Assembly: GCA_026396615.1 (NCBI GenBank)
Contig: JAPLWK010000010.1
Location: 48,348 to 112,347 of the forward strand
Direction of reading: 5' to 3'
Source: a candidate division WWE3 bacterium
GTDB lineage: Bacteria > Patescibacteriota > WWE3 > JAPLWK01
Length of the DNA stretch: 64,000 bases
Shown: piece by piece, positions 49,850 through 57,697 of the stretch
How positions within the stretch are numbered: the stretch's first letter is position 1
Layout: each line of letters begins with the position of its first letter
Program-made: the position numbers and the translations under genes
Notes under the pieces: model-generated
What the model was told of the DNA's origin: nothing
Database searches by the model: none
What the model saw: only the letters and a program-made list of their open reading frames with translations

Positions 49850-50191
49850 TTATTCAACCAACTTAATTTCAATTGCCAATACACCCCACTTCTTTTCGTC
49901 GTCCTCCGAATAATATTTACGCATATCACTGGCAGCTTGTTCTGGTGTCGTGTCACTTGACCAACCAGCAAGCTTTGGACAAACTTTCTCAAATAACTCG
50001 ACGAAGTTGCTGGCGATTGTTAAATTGATAACGGCTACCTCTAGAACCTCGTCACCACAGGTAAATCGAATGCGGTCTCCCGGTTTTATTAATCTCCTCT
50101 TCTCATCATTTAATCTAATCTCTTGTGTCTTTAGCCTGTTCAGGATTTCCTGAAACGCTTCGGGGTTTAGTTTCATGTCGAAAGTGTTCAT
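49850..50191 (-). CDS. ASCH domain protein
   Basis: MKL..EAF..I...LKTQEIRLNDEKRR.IKPGD.I.F; start ATG 50191 with GGAG SD (the longer track ORF runs into the tRNA). Confidence 0.82.
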   Translation of the reverse strand: MNTFDMKLNPEAFQEILNRLKTQEIRLNDEKRRLIKPGDRIRFTCGDEVLEVAVINLTIASNFVELFEKVCPKLAGWSSDTTPEQAASDMRKYYSEDDEKKWGVLAIEIKLVE

Positions 50192-50200
50192 ATTATCTCC

Positions 50201-50277
50201 TGGTGGACCCGAGTGGACTCGAACCACTGACCTTTGCAATGTGAATGCAACGCTCTAACCAACTGAGCTACGGATCC
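50201..50277 (-). tRNA. tRNA-Val(CAC)
   Basis: GGATCCGTAGCTCAGTTGGTTAGAGCG TTGCA TT-CAC-AT TGCAA...GGTTCGAGTCC...CACCA. Confidence 0.95.
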
Positions 50278-50338
50278 AAGGCGCCTTCATTTTATCACAC
50301 GGATCTAGTACAATGAGTGACGGTTAGGCAATAAACAT

Positions 50339-50977
50339 ATGTCCCTTCCAAAAACTTACGCTTTCATTGATGCATCAAACTTGTTTTACGGAGGTGAGAA
50401 GAGTTTGGGTTGGAAAATAGACTATCTAAAGTTATTAAAATATCTGAAAGATAAATACAATGTTTCACAGATTTATTATTTTGGTGGTGTTGAGACATAC
50501 GAATATAAACACGATTATTTAAGGCACTATACAGTTCCCTTGACTGACTTAGAAAAAGATTTAGTCGGTTTTATAAAAAAGGAAGGAAAACATTTAGATG
50601 AAGCAAAGCTACTTCTGATCTCAAAACATCTTCAAAGGATTAGATTTTATCTAAAGCTCCAAAAATTTGGCTATAAATTGTTTCTAAAACCGGTTAAAAC
50701 ATACCATAGTGATGATGGTTCTACTCAACGAAAAGCCAATTGTGACGTAGAAATGGCCTTTTATTTGATGAAAGAGAAAGATGATTATAAAAGAGTTTTA
50801 GTGTTATCGGGTGATGGTGATTTTCTACCAGTTCTTAAATACCTGCGAGAGCAGAAGAAGGAGGTAATTATTTTGGCTCGTGGGCCTCGGACTGCCCGTG
50901 AAATCCGCCAATTTGCCGGTAGTAACTTTAGGGATTTTGTGAGATTAGAAAATGAAATAAAGTTTGAGAGAAAATAA
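50339..50977 (+). CDS. NYN domain (LabA/DUF88, PIN-like) putative ribonuclease
   Basis: FIDASN, KANCDVEM, LSGDGDF; acidic catalytic residues retained. Confidence 0.9.
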   Translation: MSLPKTYAFIDASNLFYGGEKSLGWKIDYLKLLKYLKDKYNVSQIYYFGGVETYEYKHDYLRHYTVPLTDLEKDLVGFIKKEGKHLDEAKLLLISKHLQRIRFYLKLQKFGYKLFLKPVKTYHSDDGSTQRKANCDVEMAFYLMKEKDDYKRVLVLSGDGDFLPVLKYLREQKKEVIILARGPRTAREIRQFAGSNFRDFVRLENEIKFERK

Positions 50978-51017
50978 AAAAGAAGCGGACATACGAGATA
51001 TCCGCCTCATGTTTAGT
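50974..51017 (-). ncRNA. Candidate ~45-nt small RNA convergent with the NYN gene
   Basis: Lies between a consensus promoter and an 11-bp hairpin (GAGGCGGAUAU CUCGU AUGUCCGCUUC) followed by U6; G-U pairs work only on the - strand; ends approximate. Confidence 0.55.
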
Positions 51018-51023
51018 ATCTCC

Positions 51024-51052
51024 ATTATATCAAGATTTGGATAACAAATCAA
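51024..51052 (-). promoter_or_regulatory. Sigma70 promoter TTGATT-17-TATAAT with an extended TG
   Basis: -35 at 51052-51047, -10 at 51029-51024; no credible CDS downstream. Confidence 0.7.
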
Positions 51053-51182
51053 ATACGGCTTATTTATGGCAATACAGCGTGATAGAAAAATTGATATACG
51101 ATTAAGACTTATCATCATCAAAGACGGCTTTCCTCGTCAGGGTATTTATTTATCTAATTTAGGTTAGATTTATTAAGTTTGC

Positions 51183-51210
51183 CGGATTCCGGCTCAGGGG
51201 CCGGAATGAC
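51183..51210. repeat. Single REP-like palindrome (GTCATTCCGG-N-CCGGAATC family)
   Basis: cggattccggctcaggggccggaatgac; same family as 63065-63180. Confidence 0.75.
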
Positions 51211-51221
51211 TAAATTTCTAT

Positions 51222-52328
51222 ATGGCTTACTTAAAAAACGCACAAGTGAATGGTAAAGAAATGATTTTTCCGACGTTTTTTCCGGACGCCACGCGGGCGG
51301 TGGTGCGGAGTTGTGATTCCCTTGATCTTTTATCATCTCATGTTGAAGGCTTGATTGTTAACACTTACCACCTTATGACGGAGCCGGGGACGTCGGTTTT
51401 AGAGGAAGCCGGTGGGGTCAAAAAGTTCATGAACTGGCCGGGATTTATAATTTCCGATTCCGGTGGCTTTCAACTGCTTTCCATGATTTACAAAAACAAG
51501 TCACTAGGGACTATTTCCGATAACGGCGTTGTTTTTCACCAAAGCTCTTCCGGTCAAAAAAAGAAATACGAATTTACTCCCGAAAAGTCGATTCAAGTTC
51601 AGTTTGCGATTGGAGCCGACATCATGATTTGCCTCGATGATTGCCCATCGGCCAAAGCCAAACCGGACGAAGTAAAATTAAGTGTTGATCGGACTTTAGC
51701 CTGGGCGAGGCGCTGTAAAGATGAATTTGAGCGTCAACTTGAGTTGCATCATTTCACTGCCGATAAACGTCCACTGCTTTTTGGGGTCGTCCAAGGAGCG
51801 CACGACAAGAAAGAACGAGAGCGGTGTGCCGAGGGTCTAATCGAAATTGGCTTTGATGGCTATGGCTTTGGCGGCTGGCCGCTGGATGAGCTGCACGAGG
51901 TCAACTTCGAAATTTTAGAGTTTACAGCATCGTTAATGCCGGACGATAAGCCCAAATACGCTCTGGGACTCGGGAGTCCTTCCGACATCGCACGCCTTGT
52001 TGGTTTCGGCTATCAAATTTTTGACTGCGTATTGCCTACTCGCGATGCTCGTCACGAAAGGCTTTATGTCTTTAAAACAGATCCCGCCGGTCAAAATTTA
52101 TTAGAAAATCCTGATTGTACTAAGTACGTCCAAATTGGGCGGGAGGAGTATTTTAGGGATAGACAACCGATTAGTGAATTTTGTGATTGTGTGGCTTGCC
52201 AGAACTATTCTAAGTCTTATATCCAACATTTATTTAGGTTAGAAGAGTTTACTGCTGGAAGACTGGCAACGATTCACAATTTACGAACGTACACTAAACT
52301 CATCGAGAACTTGAGGCGGGTTGTTTAG
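51222..52328 (+). CDS. tgt: tRNA-guanine(34) transglycosylase
   Basis: NTYHL, DSGGFQ, LDDC, GVVQG, FDCVLPTR, C.C..C and HNL Zn ligands. Confidence 0.92.
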   Translation: MAYLKNAQVNGKEMIFPTFFPDATRAVVRSCDSLDLLSSHVEGLIVNTYHLMTEPGTSVLEEAGGVKKFMNWPGFIISDSGGFQLLSMIYKNKSLGTISDNGVVFHQSSSGQKKKYEFTPEKSIQVQFAIGADIMICLDDCPSAKAKPDEVKLSVDRTLAWARRCKDEFERQLELHHFTADKRPLLFGVVQGAHDKKERERCAEGLIEIGFDGYGFGGWPLDELHEVNFEILEFTASLMPDDKPKYALGLGSPSDIARLVGFGYQIFDCVLPTRDARHERLYVFKTDPAGQNLLENPDCTKYVQIGREEYFRDRQPISEFCDCVACQNYSKSYIQHLFRLEEFTAGRLATIHNLRTYTKLIENLRRVV

Positions 52329-52926
52329 CAATCATTACGAATATCTTCGTCTCTTGAGGTAACGTCACAACATTTAGGTTCGGATTAGCTTTAGTAAAAG
52401 CGTCGACGACCTCTACTTCGGACAGGCCTTTTTGGGTGATTAGCCAACCGTTTTTGTTTAGTAAAAACAGATTTGGGCTTACAAGGCGCTCCAAAGGGGC
52501 TACAGCGCGGGCAGTGGCAATATCGAACGTCCCCCAGTATCTTTCATCTTTAACTAAGTCCTCGCTTCTGGCGTTAACCACATCAACATTGACTAAATTT
52601 AACCTTTTAACTATTTCGTTTAGAAACAAACATTTTTTACCAACCGATTCCACCAGCGTTACCTTTAAATAAGGGTAAACAATGTTTAGAGGAATTCCCG
52701 GGAAGCCGGCGCCGCTACCTATGTCTAGAATTTTTAATGGTTGGTTAATATTTAGACCGCACTCTTTAATTGCGGTGGCAAATGAAAGCGAATCTTCAAA
52801 ATGTTTGCGGTCAATTTCAGCTGGATCCGTAACTGCCGTCAAATTAAACTTCTGATTCCACGCAATTAATAGTTGCTTGTAGGTAAAAAATTTATCTTGT
52901 TGTGAGGTTGTTAATTTATTTAGCAT
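52300..52926 (-). CDS. rsmG: 16S rRNA m7G527 methyltransferase
   Basis: WNQKFNLTA, KHFEDSL, LDIGSGAGFPGIPL, TARAVA. Confidence 0.95.
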   Translation of the reverse strand: MLNKLTTSQQDKFFTYKQLLIAWNQKFNLTAVTDPAEIDRKHFEDSLSFATAIKECGLNINQPLKILDIGSGAGFPGIPLNIVYPYLKVTLVESVGKKCLFLNEIVKRLNLVNVDVVNARSEDLVKDERYWGTFDIATARAVAPLERLVSPNLFLLNKNGWLITQKGLSEVEVVDAFTKANPNLNVVTLPQETKIFVMIAKQPASSSR

Positions 52927-52937
52927 TTGCCTATTTT

Positions 52938-54173
52938 CTAAAGGTTAAACTTTGCTAATTCGATAGGGTCGAAACTTTTAGCGGCGTTAACGAATATTCC
53001 TGGATCAAGTTTAGCCCTTTGGGGGTAACGAAAGGTGAAATCTAGAGTATACAAAGTAGCTTCGATCACAAAACTAATCAAAACCAAGCTACTAAGTACC
53101 TTATTGCCTTGTGTTTTAAGGTAACATATGCCATAGACCATAATAATAATTATAAAAGGTAAAATATTAGCAATTCGTAATAAATGTGGCTGGTTATCAA
53201 AAGTTAGAATCGAGGCAACGGGGGAAATTAAAGTAGCTAGAATAATGAAGATTGCCCAGCGATCTTTCACAAGACACTTTTTAATGAGAACTGTTATTCC
53301 TAAGATTAGAAATGGAATAGTACTAATCAAAAGTAAGCCTCTAAATTGTGAAGAGAAGAGTAGGTCGCGACTGCCACTGATGAATAAAAATTGGGGTGAC
53401 AGAATTTTTAAAATATTATCTAAAAGTGATTGTAGCATATTAGGTCTAGACAAAATTGAGATTTGGCTAAGCCGATTTAGAACGATCGCCATATTTTGTG
53501 AAGCACTCACGATAAAAGGAATTACTGTGATGATAAAAACTGCCGACGTAAATATTCGATCACGATTGTTTTTAATAATAATGATTACTGCTAGCCCACA
53601 ATAAAGCCAAGCTAGTAAACGTGCTGTTGGGTAGGAGTAGACAGTTAATCCCCAGATAAACCCAGATGCTACAATGAGCGCTTCTTTTTTTGAATTTAAT
53701 AGAAGTAAAGCTAAGGCTATTAGAGTAGGGAAAACCACAACCTCGAAACCAAGATGACTAAGACTAACTAACCCTGGAGTAAAAAGTACTAAAATTCCAG
53801 CAAGTAGGCTGACTTTTATTTCCTTAAATATTTTAAATGCTAGTAAGGTCATAACTACCGCTAATCCGATTCCCCAGAGGGCGGATTCAAGCCGAATCGT
53901 CTGGAGGCTCAGCCCGAATATTTTTATTAGTGGTACCAGTAAATATATGAAAATTGGACTTTTGTATTCGCCGAAAGCTTTAAAGAAGATTGGAAAGCGT
54001 ACGCCCCATTGATCAGAGCCGGTTCTTAGTATATCGCCAGCGTTCATCCCAATTGAGGCCTCATCGGCTGTTAACACCGGGGGAATATTCCAAGTTTGAA
54101 GTCTGAAATAAATCCCAAGGACAAAAATTACTAGCAGCAAGCCGGTTGTCAGTTTTGACTGTAAAGACTCCAT
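52938..54173 (-). CDS. GT-C (PMT_2-like) membrane glycosyltransferase
   Basis: PP.LTADEASIG.NA..I..TG.DQWG..P..FKAFGEYK.P; likely start ATG 54173. Confidence 0.82.
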   Translation of the reverse strand: MESLQSKLTTGLLLVIFVLGIYFRLQTWNIPPVLTADEASIGMNAGDILRTGSDQWGVRFPIFFKAFGEYKSPIFIYLLVPLIKIFGLSLQTIRLESALWGIGLAVVMTLLAFKIFKEIKVSLLAGILVLFTPGLVSLSHLGFEVVVFPTLIALALLLLNSKKEALIVASGFIWGLTVYSYPTARLLAWLYCGLAVIIIIKNNRDRIFTSAVFIITVIPFIVSASQNMAIVLNRLSQISILSRPNMLQSLLDNILKILSPQFLFISGSRDLLFSSQFRGLLLISTIPFLILGITVLIKKCLVKDRWAIFIILATLISPVASILTFDNQPHLLRIANILPFIIIIMVYGICYLKTQGNKVLSSLVLISFVIEATLYTLDFTFRYPQRAKLDPGIFVNAAKSFDPIELAKFNL

Positions 54174-54178
54174 AGCTC

Positions 54179-54188
54179 TGCTATTATA
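54179..54188. promoter_or_regulatory. Overlapping -10 boxes on both strands (bidirectional promoter)
   Basis: + strand TGc-TATTAT 54182-54187; - strand TATAAT 54188-54183; divergent starts 21 nt apart. Confidence 0.55.
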
Positions 54189-54194
54189 TATCAT

Positions 54195-55631
54195 GTGGCT
54201 TCATCAACGAACAAAGTGGTTGCCAACACTTTCTACCAAATATTCGGGCGACTGTTTTCTGCAGCCGAAACCCTGGTGGCGACTTATTTTTTAGCGCGGG
54301 CTTTAGGCACTTCGGGCTACGGCGATCTTACTATTATTCTCACTTTTACCGGAATTTTTAGCGTCATTTCGGACTTTGGAATCAATGTAATCATTGTTCG
54401 GGAGTGGTCCCTCGAAGCGCTTCGGATTAAAAAGGAGTTTACCCAATTAGTGGTTTTTAGGGTCGTTCTAGCTTTGTTTTTGACAGTTCTAGCATCCGTT
54501 GTTGTTCTCGTGCTTAGTCACTTTTCTTCAGCTTACAATCCGCTGGTCGTTAAAGGGATTTTAGTGGGATTACTTCTCGTCACCGGGCAGTCTCTTTATT
54601 ACTCCTGCACTGCGATTTTTCAAACCACTTTTTCCTATGTTAAATCTTTTTTAGCCAGTATCTGGGGGAATCTGGGGGCGTTAGTTCTGATCATCGTCGG
54701 CATAGTTTTGCACGTCACGTTCTTAAAGTTAGTCTTGCTGCTCGTCGTCGGGTCGTTGCTGCCGACTGCGATCTCGCTCTTTTATGTTAGAACGTATTTC
54801 GACTTCACTGGTTTTAAGCTCGACCTTAAATTCTGGAAAAGAATCTTTATCGCGTCGCTACCAACCGGGCTGGGACTAATCATCAACACTTTATATACTT
54901 CCGCGGATCGGGTTATGTTGTCGCTCCTGTCGACCACGACGGCGATTGGGTTGTATGGGCTGTCTTATAAAATATTTGAAAATATCCTAGTCATTCCGAA
55001 CTTTTTTATGAATGCCAGTTACCCGGTTGTCGTCGCTCATCGAGCCGAATCTGCTGACCGGGTCAGCGTTACCGTTCAGAAGCTTTTCGATGCTTTATGC
55101 TTGGCGGTTTTTCCAATTGTGACTTTGGGGGTGATTCTCTCGGTTCCGATTCTTAATCTAATTGGAGGAGCAAAGTTCGTGGTCGGGGCGCCGGTCTTAG
55201 TCCTACTGTTTTTAGGACTTCCCATTTATTTTATTTCACCACTTTTTAGGTGGCTGATCATCGTCGAGAAGAAAGAGTGGTGGCTGCCATTTATTTACGC
55301 TGGTGGTCTTATTAGCAACGTCCTTTTGAATTTATATTTGATTCGACGTTTTGACATCTTAGGCGCCGCTCTGGCGAACGCCATTTCTGAGCTATTAGTA
55401 CTGGTTATAATTTTTATAGTTCTTAGAAGAGCGTTGAATTTAAAGTTACGTTTCAATTATTTAGTGATTGCGGTTTTGGGATCATTATTTATGGCGCCGT
55501 TTGTGAATCTTTTTAAAGATTGGTATTTCGTGGGTCCGATCATACTTGGCGGCATTGCTTACTTTTTAGCCGTCTATCTACTTACGCGTGGTCAGGTTTT
55601 AAAAAGTCTGCGTCAACTAATTTCCAAATGA
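54195..55631 (+). CDS. wzx: Wzx-like flippase
   Basis: LARALG..GYG, DFGI...IVRE, D.VMLS, GLYG.SYK, N..LN..LI..F..GAA. Confidence 0.88.
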   Translation: MASSTNKVVANTFYQIFGRLFSAAETLVATYFLARALGTSGYGDLTIILTFTGIFSVISDFGINVIIVREWSLEALRIKKEFTQLVVFRVVLALFLTVLASVVVLVLSHFSSAYNPLVVKGILVGLLLVTGQSLYYSCTAIFQTTFSYVKSFLASIWGNLGALVLIIVGIVLHVTFLKLVLLLVVGSLLPTAISLFYVRTYFDFTGFKLDLKFWKRIFIASLPTGLGLIINTLYTSADRVMLSLLSTTTAIGLYGLSYKIFENILVIPNFFMNASYPVVVAHRAESADRVSVTVQKLFDALCLAVFPIVTLGVILSVPILNLIGGAKFVVGAPVLVLLFLGLPIYFISPLFRWLIIVEKKEWWLPFIYAGGLISNVLLNLYLIRRFDILGAALANAISELLVLVIIFIVLRRALNLKLRFNYLVIAVLGSLFMAPFVNLFKDWYFVGPIILGGIAYFLAVYLLTRGQVLKSLRQLISK

Positions 55632-56746
55632 AGATTTTATTTGTTAACCCATTTTACAAACCATATTTAGGGGGGATTGAAAGGGTGATCGAAAAGCTGG
55701 GGGCTGAGTATCTAAAGCTTGGATATGAGGTTGCGGTGCTTACTACTAAGTATAGCTTCCCATATGAATACCATGGTAATTGGCTTGGGGTGGTTAGGGA
55801 GGTAGGGGTTGTAAGGGATGTAAATATTTATCGGTTGGAATCGGGGCCGCAGCGGGCTCCGAGGTTCTACCAGGCACCTTTGGTTTGGTTCTCACCTCTA
55901 GAAATTAGAAAAATCGTTAATGAATTTATGCCGGATATTGTCATCTTCATGGGGGATAAGTGGTTTTGCGGAAACTTTTGGGTTCGAATATTTACTCCGA
56001 AATCTCGTCACATTTGGTCGGTGGTGTGGCATGATTTAAGCTGGAAAAAGCTGTGGCTAAAAGCTATTAATTATGTTTTTGGAAAGATGGTTGATCAGGT
56101 CGTAGTCGCGACTAATCTTGAGAAAGAGAAAGTTAGGTTGGCTTACGGAATCGTCAACTCACATTTAAAGGTTGTACCTTGGGGTGTTGAGAAGACGGTT
56201 AAACTAAATCCAAAAGTTACGAAAGATTATTTGCAAATATTATGTGTTGGTCGCTTATCACATCATAAGGGTCAGCATTGGCTTGTAAATAGATTTATTG
56301 AGGCTTCCCCAGAATTTAAGCAGCCGGTCAAACTGTGGTTAATTGGTCAAGCGGAGGATAGCACATTCGATGAGATTAAAGAATTAGTTAAGGGGCGTTC
56401 AGACGTCGAAGCTATTTTGACAGCGTCAGACGAAGAACTGGAAAAGTTTTATGGCGAAAGTGATATCTTTGCGTTGTTTCCAGAATACGAATCTTTTGGT
56501 TTAGTATTTCTGGAGGCGCAGAGTTACGGTTTACCGGTGTTGACGCATAAAGTGGGGGCAATAGGGGAAGTCTTAGTGGAATCAGCGGTCATCACTGAGG
56601 CTTATGATAAAGCTTCGGCGACGCAAGAACTGGTAAAATTGGTTAACGATCGGGAATATCGTGAAGAGTACGCAAAGCGGTCACAAGAGCATTTTAGGTC
56701 ATCTTTATCATGGAATGATGTGGCTCGTAAGTTTTTAGAAATTTAG
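55628..56746 (+). CDS. GT4 glycosyltransferase
   Basis: MKILFV.P.Y.P..GGIE, GRL..HKG, ESFGLVFLEA; ATG 55628 overlaps the wzx stop. Confidence 0.9.
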   Translation: MKILFVNPFYKPYLGGIERVIEKLGAEYLKLGYEVAVLTTKYSFPYEYHGNWLGVVREVGVVRDVNIYRLESGPQRAPRFYQAPLVWFSPLEIRKIVNEFMPDIVIFMGDKWFCGNFWVRIFTPKSRHIWSVVWHDLSWKKLWLKAINYVFGKMVDQVVVATNLEKEKVRLAYGIVNSHLKVVPWGVEKTVKLNPKVTKDYLQILCVGRLSHHKGQHWLVNRFIEASPEFKQPVKLWLIGQAEDSTFDEIKELVKGRSDVEAILTASDEELEKFYGESDIFALFPEYESFGLVFLEAQSYGLPVLTHKVGAIGEVLVESAVITEAYDKASATQELVKLVNDREYREEYAKRSQEHFRSSLSWNDVARKFLEI

Positions 56747-56749
56747 ATT

Positions 56750-57697
56750 GTGAAAATATCTGTCGTAGTTCCTACATTTAATAACGCTCAGATCTTGGCC
56801 AGGTCGCTGGTTCGTTTATTTAACCAAACTTTACCCAAAGAAGATTTTGAAATAATTTTAGTGAATGATTATTCTACGGATGAAACTAGTAGCGTTGTAG
56901 ATAAAATTGTTAGTGATTACAAAATTAATAATATTAAAATAATTAATTTGCCTAGAAATAGTGGGCCATCGGTTGCCCGTAACGAAGGCATTAAGGAGGC
57001 TGCAGCGCCGATCATCGTTATGACTCAAGATGATATGTTAGTGCAACCGGATTTTTTGGAGCAACACTTAAAATTTCATCAGTTGCATCCCAAAAATGAA
57101 GAAGCAGTGGTGGGGTTAATCGAATTTGATAAAAGTTTAAAATTAACGCCATTTATGAAGTGGTGGGAAAATGGACACCAGTTTAAATTTCCTAAAGTTT
57201 CCCGTGATGTTAAATACTTACGACTAAAATCGCGACCATACCTTAATTTTTACCCTGGTAATTTGTCGCTAAAAAAAGAATTTTTGGTCGAAAAAGAAGG
57301 TTGGTTTGATAGTGAGTTTTTTCTGGACGGAGCAATTGGTTATGAAGACACGGAACTGGGGTATCGCTTGTGGAAGCAAGGTTTAAAACTTTTCTACGCC
57401 CCGGACATCGTTGTCTCGCATCACCACATAAAAACCTTCGCTAGTATTTGTAAATTAAGTTATTACAAAGGTAAACTCTTACATATTTTATACCGAAAGC
57501 AACCCGATTTTAAGCGGATCTTTGGTCAGACCTTAAAGCTGCTCATCAGCCGTATTTTCGTAGGTCGAGTTTCTATTACAATACTTGAACCCGTGGCTAA
57601 AATATCAGAAAAACATTTTAAAGTTGGTTTAATATATTGGCTAGTGCTGCGTTACTATTTTAATCAGGGATATGAAAATTTACTCAAAAATCCTTAG
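56750..57697 (+). CDS. GT2 glycosyltransferase
   Basis: ISVVVPTFN, NDYSTD, GPSVARN, QDD, GYEDTELGYRL. Confidence 0.9.
   Translation: MKISVVVPTFNNAQILARSLVRLFNQTLPKEDFEIILVNDYSTDETSSVVDKIVSDYKINNIKIINLPRNSGPSVARNEGIKEAAAPIIVMTQDDMLVQPDFLEQHLKFHQLHPKNEEAVVGLIEFDKSLKLTPFMKWWENGHQFKFPKVSRDVKYLRLKSRPYLNFYPGNLSLKKEFLVEKEGWFDSEFFLDGAIGYEDTELGYRLWKQGLKLFYAPDIVVSHHHIKTFASICKLSYYKGKLLHILYRKQPDFKRIFGQTLKLLISRIFVGRVSITILEPVAKISEKHFKVGLIYWLVLRYYFNQGYENLLKNP

Noticed and set aside
50192-50239. N-terminal extension of the ASCH ORF in the ORF track
   Set aside because: It overlaps tRNA-Val; ATG 50191 has a GGAG SD.
50945-51010. 21-aa antisense peptide MRRISRMSASFLFSLKLYFIF as the product of the minus-strand promoter
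   Set aside because: Its GGAG lies between the -10 box and the predicted TSS, and the ORF runs through the terminator U-tract; an ncRNA is more parsimonious, though a peptide is not formally excluded.
51066-51167. 33-aa ORF MAIQRDRKIDIRLRLIIIKDGFPRQGIYLSNLG
   Set aside because: It has no SD or recognisable motif; it may be a gene remnant but cannot be supported.
47495-51210. Integrated element or prophage at tRNA-Val
   Set aside because: There is no integrase, I saw no duplicated tRNA 3' end, and housekeeping lepB lies within the interval.
51154-51336. 60-aa minus-strand ORF containing VIPAPEPES
   Set aside because: It is antisense to tgt, and the peptide is just the translated REP-like palindrome.
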